Positions 50,592 to 60,300 of a stretch of 64,000 nt of DNA are shown one piece after another. The notes beneath the pieces are model-generated. The model did no database searches. It worked only from the letters and a program-made list of their open reading frames with translations, and was not told where the DNA came from. Every line of letters begins with the position of its first letter. Position 1 is the stretch's first letter. The position numbers and the translations under genes are program-made. Location: contig OZ241892.1 of NCBI GenBank assembly GCA_965203485.1, positions 32,001-96,000 of the forward strand, in the 5' to 3' direction. This DNA is from Longimicrobiales bacterium (GTDB taxonomy: Bacteria; Gemmatimonadota; Gemmatimonadetes; Longimicrobiales; Gaopeijiaceae).

Positions 50592-51377
50592 ATGCGGCTG
50601 AGCGCCTCGCTCGAGTACCGCCAGACGATGGGCCGGGTACGGTGGGAGGGTCACGCGGTCCAGGACGCGGAGAAGTTCCAGGAGTACGTGCGTCGCGTCG
50701 TCGCTCCCCGACTGACCGCGGACGACTCGAAGTTGGCCACCGTGCTGCAAGGTCTGGCGTCGACGGAAATGGCCACCGACGCCATCGGGCGACTGCTGGC
50801 CTCCGTACGACCCTTGAAAGGCTGGGAAGTCGGAGAGACCTTCGCTGAATGCGTTCTTCGCGACGGTGTGGGCTGGCAGGTGCACTGGCCCTGGAGGACG
50901 TCCCGAGACCTCCGGAGTCCCAACGCGGGCCTTCAGGGTGCCGATTTGGTAGGGTTCGTCCAACGAGACGGCGAGATCTTTCTCTTGTTCGGCGAAGTGA
51001 AGACTTCAGGCGAGGCTCGGACTCCGCCCACGGTCATGACGGGTCCGGGCGGCTTGCCTTCCCAGCTTGAGAGGATTTCCCTCCGCCCCGATGTGCAACA
51101 CGCGTTGCTGTCGTGGCTTCGCGTGCGCTGTCGATCCCAGTTCCAGCGGGATCTCTTCGAGAAGGCGACACGTCGGTACCTGGAGTCTGGATGCCAGAGC
51201 TTCGTGCTGGCCGGAGTCCTGTTGCGGGACACCACCCCGGACGAACGCGACCTTCGCCGTCCCGCCGAAGCCCTCTCCCGCCAGCTGGCCACAGCCCCAG
51301 GCTCCGTCGATCTTGTCGCATGGTACCTGCCGACCCCGATCGAGCGTTGGCCCGCGCTGGTGGGAGAGCCGACATGA
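50592..51377 (+). CDS. PD-(D/E)xK nuclease, HamA (DUF1837)-like
   Basis: GWEVGETFAE, GADLVGF...FGEVKTS. ATGA coupling to downstream helicase. Confidence 0.65.
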   Translation: MRLSASLEYRQTMGRVRWEGHAVQDAEKFQEYVRRVVAPRLTADDSKLATVLQGLASTEMATDAIGRLLASVRPLKGWEVGETFAECVLRDGVGWQVHWPWRTSRDLRSPNAGLQGADLVGFVQRDGEIFLLFGEVKTSGEARTPPTVMTGPGGLPSQLERISLRPDVQHALLSWLRVRCRSQFQRDLFEKATRRYLESGCQSFVLAGVLLRDTTPDERDLRRPAEALSRQLATAPGSVDLVAWYLPTPIERWPALVGEPT

Positions 51378-54300
51378 GCGACCATTCCTGGATCGTCGAC
51401 AGCCTGGGGACCGACAGGCTCCAGGAGGCTAGCACCGAGGCGGCTCGGCGGCGGCTTTGGTCGGCCCTTCGCGACACACCGCCCGAGGCCGAGCACGCCG
51501 ACGACCGCCTTCGATTCGCGGCAAACGCGCTGGAGCTCGACGTGCTCGACGCCATCGGAGACGACGACCTGCCCAGACTGAGACGCTCGGCGGCTTCGGC
51601 GTTCCAGATAGCACGGGTGCTCCGTCTTCCCGACTCGCCCACGGAGAGAGCCGAAGCCCTCGTCAGGCTCGGGTGCCTGGGCATCCTTGGCGACCGGGGC
51701 GCCGACGTGCAGCGAGTCCTCCGCGACGAGGACATGGCCGGGCTTCGTCCACGTGCCGCCCACTGGGGAGACCGCGTGTGGGCGACCGTGCTGCATGTCT
51801 GGCTGCTGCTCTTTCGCAAGAATGGGTGGGACGACCTCAACGCGGTGCAGGAGCACGTTGCCGCCTTGCGTCGCGACCAGACCGACATGGAGCCGGGGTT
51901 CCTGCAGGACGCCGCCGCCAACAATGACGCCGCTCCGGCGTGGACCCTGATTTGGTGCTATCACGTGGCGAAGGCCGCGGAGATCGTGGGAATGCACCAA
52001 ACGCAGGGAAGCGCCGACGGCCACTACGACGTGGGCGAACAACTCGACGCGCAGTTCGACCGGGCCGTGGCCGCCGCCTCGCACGGGGGACTCGCGCGGC
52101 AGGAAGCCTTGGTGCGCTTGCTCGCCCGCACCGCCCGCTCCCTAGTGGACAGCTCCATTTGGTCGGTCGCCCGCGCCGTGAACAGCCGGGTCGAAGAGTT
52201 CGTCGCCGCAATGACTTCCAAGGACCGGCCGCGGCCGATCTTCGAAGTCCTGCCGCTCCAGCGTCGGGCGCTTCGCGAGGAGGGGCTCCTGGGCTCGGGA
52301 CACCGTGCAGTCGTCGTGAACCTGCCAACGTCGAGCGGGAAGACTTTGCTTGCCCAGTTCAGAATGCTGCAAGCCCTGAACCAGTTCGACCGCGAGCGCG
52401 GGTGGGTGGCGTATCTGGCGCCCACCAGGGCCTTGGTCGGCCAGCTGGCCCGCAGGTTGCGTCGCGACTTCGCGGACCTTGGCATCGTGGTGGAGAAGGT
52501 CAGTCCCGCGCTGGAGGTCGACGGGGTCGAGTCCGAGATGCTGTCGGAGGCGGACGCGGCGCGCCAGTTTCGAGTCCTCGTCTCGACTCCCGAGAAGCTC
52601 GACCTGATGCTGCGAGGCGGGTGGGAGGAGAAGACAGGACGGCCTCTGACGCTGGTTGTGGTGGACGAAGCTCACGGCATCGGCGCCAGCGAGCGCGGCC
52701 TTCGGCTCGAGTTGCTGCTGGCGACCATCAACAGGGAATGCAAGTACGCGCAGTTCTTGTTGCTCACGCCCTTCGTCCCCAACGCGGAGAAGATCGCCCA
52801 GTGGCTTGCGCCCGACAGCGCGACGAGCATCGACTTCGGTGTCGATTGGATTCCCAACGATCGCGTGATCGCCATCGCGCAGCCCCGGAGAGGCGAAGCC
52901 CGCGGGAACTTCACGATTGACTTCACGACGCAGCACACGACTGCGAAGACCATCGAAATCCCGGACACTCTCAATGTCGGCAAGCGGCGGCCGCTGGGGT
53001 TGTCGTGGTCCGCAGTCTCCCGGTCGCCCGGCAAGCTGGCTGCGGCCGCCGCCCATCTCCTGGAGCGCCGAGGCACCGTGATCGTCCTGACCGCTCAGCC
53101 GGCACATTGCTGGGGGATTGCCGAGACGTTGAAGCAGGCGGAGAATGTCCCGACGGCGACGAGCAACCGCATACGCCAGCTGTGTGGGTTCCTGGAAGAT
53201 GAAATGGGTTCCGATTTTCCCTTGGTGTCGTTGCTGGAACGCGGAATCGGCGTGCACCATTCGGGGCTCTCCGAGGATGCCCGGGCGATCGTGGAATGGC
53301 TGGCCGAGCAGGGCGACCTCCGGGCGATGGTGGCGACCACGACCATTGCGCAAGGCGTGAACTTTCCAGTGTCGGGCGTCGTGTTCCAAAGTCACCAGTA
53401 TCCGTACGGCCATGAAATGCCGCCCGAGGACTTCTGGAACATTTGCGGACGCGCGGGCCGCGTGGATCAGGACGACCTGGGAATCATCGCGCTGGTCGGC
53501 CGCAACGATGCCAAGGTCGCACAGCTTCGCGAATACGTTAGCCGGTCGGTTGGAGAACTCAACTCGACATTGATCGACATGGTCAAGGAGATCGAAGACA
53601 AGACCGACCTCTTGCACCTTGAACGGCTGGCATGGCGCCCCGAATGGTCGGCCTTCTTGCAGTACCTTGCCCACACCTACCGGCAAGTCGGCGATCACGA
53701 CAGGTTTGCGATGCAGGTCGAGCAGGTGCTTCGCGGAACTCTCGGGTTCCGGGCCCTGCGCGCGAGCCACGAGGGCTGGGCCGACAAGCTGGTTTCGGGA
53801 GTCCAGCGATATTCGGAGCAGATCAAGGGAAAGCCGCTGGGCCTTGTCGATGCGACGGGATTCTCGTGGGAGTCCGTGGCCCGGACCTTGGCTGGCCTGA
53901 ACCGGTCGGGGGTGCGCGAGTCGGCTTGGACGCCGGACCTGTTCGGCGCACGCCGGAACGACTTGGAGCGGATGGTCGGACTGCTGCTCGACGTTCCGGA
54001 GCTGAAGGGATCGCTGGGCAGAGTCGCGGCGGAGGCGGCCCTTGGACCGGACGCCGTGGCCCGGGTCATTCGCGATTGGGTTCGCGAGCGCCCGCTGGCC
54101 GAGATGGCTCGGGCGCACTTCGCGGCCCGTTCCGGCTCCGCTGGTCGGGACGACGCCAGCACGGATGCGACCAAGGCCATGACGCGGTGCTGCCAAACCG
54201 TCTTCGGCAAGCTGGCTCAATCGGCATCCTGGGGCTTGGCCGCCCTCCAGTCGCTCACCATGCGCGATCTGGACGAACTCTCCCCGGACGAACAGCGGAC

Positions 54301-54550
54301 GTTGCGCAACCTCCCCGCCCGAGTCTACTACGGGGTCAACTCCGACGAGGCCGTCGCCATGCGCCTCCTCGGCGTGCCGCGAACGGCGGCCACTCCTCTC
54401 GCTCGGGAACTCAACGTGCAACCATCCGATCCGTTGCACTCGACACGCAAGAAGCTACGCGAAACGGGCGCTAGCGCGTGGCGATCCGCCCTGGGAAATC
54501 GCGGCCCCAGCTATCACCGCGTGTGGGCCCTCATGGAGGGGTTGGAATGA
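51374..54550 (+). CDS. Ski2-like DEAD/DEAH helicase, HamB-like
   Basis: LPTSSGKT, APTRAL, STPEKLD, VVDEAH, GIGVHHSGL, TTTIAQGVNFP, NICGRAGR, with a large helical N-terminal domain. Confidence 0.8.
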   Translation: MSDHSWIVDSLGTDRLQEASTEAARRRLWSALRDTPPEAEHADDRLRFAANALELDVLDAIGDDDLPRLRRSAASAFQIARVLRLPDSPTERAEALVRLGCLGILGDRGADVQRVLRDEDMAGLRPRAAHWGDRVWATVLHVWLLLFRKNGWDDLNAVQEHVAALRRDQTDMEPGFLQDAAANNDAAPAWTLIWCYHVAKAAEIVGMHQTQGSADGHYDVGEQLDAQFDRAVAAASHGGLARQEALVRLLARTARSLVDSSIWSVARAVNSRVEEFVAAMTSKDRPRPIFEVLPLQRRALREEGLLGSGHRAVVVNLPTSSGKTLLAQFRMLQALNQFDRERGWVAYLAPTRALVGQLARRLRRDFADLGIVVEKVSPALEVDGVESEMLSEADAARQFRVLVSTPEKLDLMLRGGWEEKTGRPLTLVVVDEAHGIGASERGLRLELLLATINRECKYAQFLLLTPFVPNAEKIAQWLAPDSATSIDFGVDWIPNDRVIAIAQPRRGEARGNFTIDFTTQHTTAKTIEIPDTLNVGKRRPLGLSWSAVSRSPGKLAAAAAHLLERRGTVIVLTAQPAHCWGIAETLKQAENVPTATSNRIRQLCGFLEDEMGSDFPLVSLLERGIGVHHSGLSEDARAIVEWLAEQGDLRAMVATTTIAQGVNFPVSGVVFQSHQYPYGHEMPPEDFWNICGRAGRVDQDDLGIIALVGRNDAKVAQLREYVSRSVGELNSTLIDMVKEIEDKTDLLHLERLAWRPEWSAFLQYLAHTYRQVGDHDRFAMQVEQVLRGTLGFRALRASHEGWADKLVSGVQRYSEQIKGKPLGLVDATGFSWESVARTLAGLNRSGVRESAWTPDLFGARRNDLERMVGLLLDVPELKGSLGRVAAEAALGPDAVARVIRDWVRERPLAEMARAHFAARSGSAGRDDASTDATKAMTRCCQTVFGKLAQSASWGLAALQSLTMRDLDELSPDEQRTLRNLPARVYYGVNSDEAVAMRLLGVPRTAATPLARELNVQPSDPLHSTRKKLRETGASAWRSALGNRGPSYHRVWALMEGLE

Positions 54551-54673
54551 GTGAGCAGCCAGGATTTGCTGGTGCGCATGGCGAGGAGCCGCATTCCCAC
54601 CGAGCAACCAAGGCCATCGAAACCGAGGAAGGAGCATTCTTTATGCCATTGCCCAAGACGCAGGATGTCGAGC

Positions 54674-54871
54674 ATGAGTGACGCACCGGGAACGGATCGG
54701 CTTTCGGAGGCGCAGGAGCGTTGCGACCGCATCCAGAAGCGCATCAAACCGTTTCTCGCGCCAGAGGAGGAGAAGCGTCCTCCAGAACCCGGAACGTGGC
54801 GACGCGGAATCGACCTGCCCGACGATTCCAACGAACGCTTTCGGTTCGAGTACTACGGTCGAACGTCGTAG
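54674..54871 (+). CDS. Small hypothetical protein
   Basis: 65 aa MSDAPGTDRLSEAQERCDRIQKRIKPFL. AGGA upstream. Confidence 0.35.
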   Translation: MSDAPGTDRLSEAQERCDRIQKRIKPFLAPEEEKRPPEPGTWRRGIDLPDDSNERFRFEYYGRTS

Positions 54872-54910
54872 AGCTTCCGGCCAGCCAAGGCGACGCGGTC
54901 GGGCTAAACC

Positions 54911-55324
54911 CTAGAAACCGGCGTCCACGGCGCGGACATGGCCCTGCTGGGCATACGCCAGGATGGCGCGATCCGCCGTAACCAGGGGCACGCCGTGGTG
55001 CCGGGCCGTGGCGACGATGAGACGGTCGGCGGGATCGGAGTGGAAGTCTCCCGGCAGGCGCACGCTGGCCACGGCGATGGGCGGGTCAATGGCCATCAGG
55101 CGCACGCCCGGCAGAGAGAGGGCGCCGTCAAGCCAAGTCGTGACTTCGCATGCCAGCCGCAACCGGCCCCTTTCGGCCAAGAGCGCAATTTCCCAGCACG
55201 TGATGGCCGAGATGCCGATTCCGCCCGCGCGGGCGGCTCCCTCAACCTCTTCGCGTGCCGCCGCTCCCAATCGGTCGCTTCCGTCCACCACCCACACGAG
55301 CGCATGGGTGTCGAGGACGATCAA
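54911..55324 (-). CDS. vapC: VapC-family PIN toxin
   Basis: MIVLDTHALVW, ISAITCWEIA, HSDPADRLIVATA, LVTAD. Confidence 0.9.
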   Translation of the reverse strand: MIVLDTHALVWVVDGSDRLGAAAREEVEGAARAGGIGISAITCWEIALLAERGRLRLACEVTTWLDGALSLPGVRLMAIDPPIAVASVRLPGDFHSDPADRLIVATARHHGVPLVTADRAILAYAQQGHVRAVDAGF

Positions 55325-55563
55325 CGAAGCGCAGACCAGTCCGCGGAATCGGCAGCTGGCCCGAACGGTTCGTCGTAGCCGAGCACCGACCCGCGCATGG
55401 CGCCCACCACGAGGTCGCGCCCGGCGTCGGCCGGCACCGGCGACACGACGGCGACAGGCCGCCCGTGCTTCGTGACCACGACAGGCTCGCGGTCCCGATT
55501 CATCTGCTTGATGACCCGCAGGCAGGTTGCTTTGAATGCGGCCGCTCCGATGCGCTTGCTCAT
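55321..55563 (-). CDS. Phd/YefM-family antitoxin
   Basis: AAAFKATCLRVI...EPVVVTKHGRPVAVVSP. 4-bp overlap with vapC. Confidence 0.88.
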   Translation of the reverse strand: MSKRIGAAAFKATCLRVIKQMNRDREPVVVTKHGRPVAVVSPVPADAGRDLVVGAMRGSVLGYDEPFGPAADSADWSALR

Positions 55564-55725
55564 CTCCCCCGCTCCGATCCCGGTTGAATGAAGAAAAATG
55601 GACATAACAAAGGTACGCAATCGGGATCGGGAGTCAAGAGGCGCCCGTGCCGAGTCCACGCGGATGCCCGAGCCACCGACTTTGCTAAGCCGCGACCGGA
55701 ACCGCTCGATGCCCAGTAGTTCCAC

Positions 55726-55784
55726 GGACATTCGCGACGTGGAAAACCGGACATCAGAGCGGACATTCTGGGGCCTCGAAATCG
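55726..55784. promoter_or_regulatory. GGACA-array motif copy C
   Basis: GGACATtcgcgACGTGGAAAAccGGACAtcagagcGGACATTctggggcctCGAAATCG. Confidence 0.6.
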
Positions 55785-56016
55785 CACGAAGGTGGAATCG
55801 TTGGGGGATTTGTCCCCAATCCAACCACCGGCGGTTGCGCTACCCTAGTCGTCGTGCCCACCTTCAGGAAGGGCGTTCGCGAACCCTGCTAGCTGCCACA
55901 GCAGGGCGGGAGCGGAAATTCCATGACCAGGCGGCGGGTCACGGTACCGGGACGACCGGCGGGCGGATGGCCGAGCCGTCGGGCCGACCGGCTGTAGAGC
56001 AGCAGGAGGGAACCAA

Positions 56017-57195
56017 GTGCGAATCGAACAGATCGACATCAAGAACTACCGCCTGTTCAAGGACGTTACCCTCTCCGGCCTGCCACAGCTGGTGGTTGTG
56101 GTCGGTGCGAACGGGACAGGGAAGAGCACTCTATTCGACGTGTTCTCGTTCCTCAAGGACGCGCTCACTCAAAACGTCGCCTCCGCCGTTGCCAAGCGTG
56201 GCGGCTTTCGGACTCTCGTGAGCCGCGGCCGCACCGGCCCTATCGAGATCGCCATCAAATTTCGAGAGAGCCGAGGAAGACTGGCAACCTACATGCTGTC
56301 CGTAGGACTTGACGAATCCAAGAGAACAGTCGTGGACCGAGAAGTGCTTCGCTATCGAAGAGGCCAGCACGGCAAGCCATGGCACTTCGTCGACTTCCGT
56401 CGCGGCTCCGGTGCCGCCATCACGAACGAGGCGGCCTACGGCCACGAAGGGGTCCAGCAGGAACGGGAAGAGTACACTCTCGAGAGCCCCGATGTCCTGG
56501 CAATCAAGGGCCTCGGACAATTCGAAAAGTTTCGCGTGGTCGCCGAGTTTCGACGCTTGATCGAGAACTGGCACATATCGGACTTCCACATATCGGAGGC
56601 CCGTCCGAGCGTCGAAGCCGGGTTCGCGGAGCACCTATCGACGCGGGGAGACAACGTGGCTCAAGTTGCGCAGTACATGCACGAACAGCATCGAGATCGA
56701 TTTGACCGCGTGCTCCGGGCCATGCGCGAGCGAGTGCCGGGCATCCGCAACGTGGAAGCGAAGTCCACCGAAGACGGGCGGCTTGTCCTGCGGTTCCGAG
56801 ACGGCGGCTTCGAGGATCCGTTCATTGCTCGCTACGTGTCCGACGGAACCATCAAGATGTTCGCGTACCTGATACTGCTCAACGATCCGAAGCCGCATCC
56901 ACTGCTAGCCGTGGAAGAACCCGAGAACCAGCTGTACCCTGAACTATTGCGCGAGCTGTCGGAAGAATTTCGCTTGTACGCAAGACACGGGGGGCAGGTC
57001 CTCATTTCGACGCATTCGCCGGATTTTCTCAATGGCGTGGAGCTTGACGAAGTGTACTGGCTGGTCAAGAGCGAAGGGTTCTCTGTTGCCCACGCAGCGG
57101 GCAAGTCTCAACTGCTGCGCGATTTGATCAAGCATGGAGATTCGCTGGGCGCACTGTGGAAGCAAGGTTTGCTGGGGAAGCGACCACCACTATGA
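56017..57195 (+). CDS. AAA_21/ABC-type ATPase (OLD/RecF-like, usually partnered with DUF4276)
   Basis: GANGTGKST, VSDGTIKM, VEEPENQLYP, ISTHSP. RBS AGGAGG. Confidence 0.88.
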   Translation: MRIEQIDIKNYRLFKDVTLSGLPQLVVVVGANGTGKSTLFDVFSFLKDALTQNVASAVAKRGGFRTLVSRGRTGPIEIAIKFRESRGRLATYMLSVGLDESKRTVVDREVLRYRRGQHGKPWHFVDFRRGSGAAITNEAAYGHEGVQQEREEYTLESPDVLAIKGLGQFEKFRVVAEFRRLIENWHISDFHISEARPSVEAGFAEHLSTRGDNVAQVAQYMHEQHRDRFDRVLRAMRERVPGIRNVEAKSTEDGRLVLRFRDGGFEDPFIARYVSDGTIKMFAYLILLNDPKPHPLLAVEEPENQLYPELLRELSEEFRLYARHGGQVLISTHSPDFLNGVELDEVYWLVKSEGFSVAHAAGKSQLLRDLIKHGDSLGALWKQGLLGKRPPL

Positions 57196-57337
57196 TGCAT
57201 TATTTGACGCCTATGGAAGTTTGCGCTCGAAGCTCTCGGCGGTGAAACGGCGGGCGCCGGATGACGTGCCGTCGCCGTCGCGGGAGGTCCAGCGCCTCTT
57301 GCCCAAGCGGCTGTCATGTTCCCTTGAGGCTCCGTAG
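57192..57337 (+). pseudogene. Possible DUF4276 (TOPRIM-like) remnant
   Basis: ATGA overlap with the ATPase stop. The off-frame peptide ALFDAY...RRAPDDVPSPSREVQRLLP resembles a DUF4276 C-terminal segment. Confidence 0.35.
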
Positions 57338-57346
57338 CACCTCTCC

Positions 57347-60300
57347 ATGATTCCCTCCGTCGTCGCGTCCGAAGCCCTCGACGCCCTGCACGACTTCCTG
57401 AAGACCGGCTTCGGCCCCTCGAACCCGGAACTTTCCGGGGTCGTGGACGACTTTCTGGCGGACCCGGACAACTTGGCCAAGGGGCCGTACCTGTCGATCT
57501 CGCTTCCGTTCGAGCACGCGACGGAGGGCGGCGAGCCGTTCCCGCGCATTCCACTGGGGTTCACGCCCTACAAGCACCAGCGCGCGGCGATGGAACGGCT
57601 GTCGCCGGACGCGGGGTGCTCCACCGTGATCGCCACGGGCACCGGCTCCGGCAAGACCGAGTGCTTCCTGTATCCGGTGCTGGAGCACTGTCGTCGGCAG
57701 ACGGGAAAGCCGGGCGTCAAGGCGGTCGTCGTCTACCCCATGAACGCGCTGGCGTCGGACCAGGCGCGGCGCGTCGCGCGGATCGTTCACGGCACGCCGT
57801 CGTTGCGCGGCAGGGTGACGGCAGGGCTGTTCATCGGGCAAGCCGTGGGGTCGCCCCGCGACCGGATGGGAGCGCACGCCGCGATTACGGATCGCTCGGC
57901 CATGCGCGAGCGCCCCCCGGACATCCTGCTCACGAACTACAAGATGCTGGACTATCTGATGATCCGGCCTCGGGACCGGCGGCTTTGGCGCCACAACGAT
58001 CCCGACACGTTGCGGTACTTGGTAGTGGACGAGCTCCACACCTTCGACGGCGCCCAGGGCACGGACTTGGCGTGTCTGATTCGTCGCCTGCGAATGCGGC
58101 TGGGCACGTCGGCGGGGAAGCTGGTGTGCGCTGGCACCTCGGCGACGCTGGGCGGCGACCCTCGCGAGTACGCGTCGCGCATCTTCGACCAGGAGTTCGA
58201 CGCGGACTCGATCGTCGGCGAGACGCGCCAAACGATCGACGCCTTCCTGGGCGACGCGCTGATCCGCCGCCACCTGTTGCCCACGCAGGACTTGGCCAAG
58301 GTCGTGGATCCCCGCCGGCACGACACGGCCGAGGCGTACCTTCGCGCCCAGCACGAACTCTTTCTGGGAGCGCCGATCGACGGGGACTTCGAGGCCGCGG
58401 AGTGGCGGGTGGCGCTGGGCGAAGGGCTTCGGCAGCATGTCGTCTTCGTGAACTTGCTGCGCGCGCTGGACGGACGCCCCCAGCCGTTGCCCGAGCTGGC
58501 GAAACGATTGCAAGGCAGCTTGCCCGTCTCCAACGACAAGGAAGCGCTCGGCGTGCTGAACGGGTTGTGCGCGTTGATCTCGGCGTCTCGCCGGCGACGG
58601 GCGTCGAGCGACAACGGCGGCAACGACGAGCCGCTGCCCTTCCTGCATGTCGGCGTGCATCTGTGGGTGCGCGAGTTGCGGCGCATGGTGTGCGGCTTGG
58701 GCAGCCACAGCGACGTCGGCGGCAAGAACGAATCGCGGTTCCGCCTGCGCCACTCCGGCGACCTGAAGGCCGGCGAGCCGTTCGTGCACCTGCCGCTGGT
58801 CCAGTGCAGGGAGTGCCACGTCACGGGGTGGGTCACCAAGCTTCTCGCGGCGGGCGGTAGCAGACCCAAGGTCTTGTCGCACCGAGTGATGGACGGCTTG
58901 CAGGACATCTACGGCGCGTTCTTCGGCGGCGACGTCGATACCGTCTTCCTATTTCCGAGGGACCGCGGCGCGGACCCTGGCAAGAGCGTGCACCCCGACA
59001 AGAGCGTGCACTCGCTCGTGTGCGGAACGTGCGGCGTCTTGGCGAATGACGAATCGAACGATGTCTGCGCCTGCCCCGGCAACGCGCTGGTAGAGGTGGT
59101 CAGGCCAGTAGTCGTGACGCAGCGGGGCCGATCCTCCGCACGCGCCAAGTCTCGGCTCTCCAAGGACTGTCCGTACTGCAACGCTCGGGACGCCATGGTC
59201 GTCTTGGGCGCCCGCGCCGCCAGCCTTCTCGCCGTTGCGCTCAATCAGACGGTCTCGTCGCGCCACAACGACGACCCCAAGGTGATCGCATTCTCCGACA
59301 ACGTGCAGGACGCCGCTCACCGCGCCGGCTACGTGTCGGTCCGAACGTGGAGTGCCAACATGCGGGCGGCGATCGCGCAGACAGTGGCCGCAAACGACGG
59401 CTCGTCGCTGGAGGAACTGTCCGAGCAGGTCGCGGCTCGCTGGCGCAACCACTGGCGGAATGGCGGCGACGATGACGACACACCGGACTTGGCCCGCTTC
59501 GTGGGCGAGTTCATTGCTCCGGACCGCCGGTGGCTGAACGACTTTCGCGAGTTGGAAGAAACCGGCCGCTTGCCCCGGAACTCGAACCTGCCGACGCTTG
59601 TGGAGCGGCGAATGCGCTGGAACACGTTCGCCGAGTTCGGCCAGCGCTCCGCCATCGGGCGAACGCTCGAGAATACGCGAACGGCCGCCGTGGGCGTGGA
59701 CCGCGCCACGCTGGACGAAGTCTGCGAAACCGCGACGGCCCGACTTCGCGAAGAGCTCGAGGGCATGCGCACTGCCCCCGACGACCTGGCCCGCCCGCTG
59801 GTGCTCGGCATCGTCCGGCGCATGAAGGACCGGGGGGCGATTCTGACCGACTTGGTGACGAGCTACTTGGCCAAGGGCGGCAACCCCTTCGTGCTGCGAT
59901 ACGATCTCGCTTTGCCCGACCTCGGAACGGACCGATCCGCGGTGCCCGTCTTCCCAGGAACCAAGGCCACCGGAAAGTCGGGCGTGGAAGCGTTGCTTGG
60001 GTCCGGCGGGAAAGGCAAGTCCTGGTATCAGAACTGGACGCGCAAGGTTCTGGACCACGCCGGCTTGGCCCTGGCGGTCCACGATTCCGACGTCGTGCTC
60101 GGCATCGTCTTCCGGGCGATGGACGTCACGGGACTTGTGCGCAAGGCGGACATCGGCAAGGGACAACATGCATGGGGCTTGGTGCCCGACCGCCTGTACG
60201 TCAGTACGGAGGTCGCCGAGATGCGGAGCGGCGCGGGCCGTCCCCTGGTCGTCCCTCGTCGGGAGGCAAAGCTGTGGCGGGGCGTGCCGAGCCTGGACTT

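Noticed and set aside
36550..57346. Integron-like cassette array
   Set aside because: No integrase and no recognisable attC (RYYYAAC...GTTRRRY) sites between cargo genes.
58981..59011. 18-bp-period repeat CAAGAGCGTGCAC in the helicase
   Set aside because: Two in-frame copies only, consistent with minor slippage.
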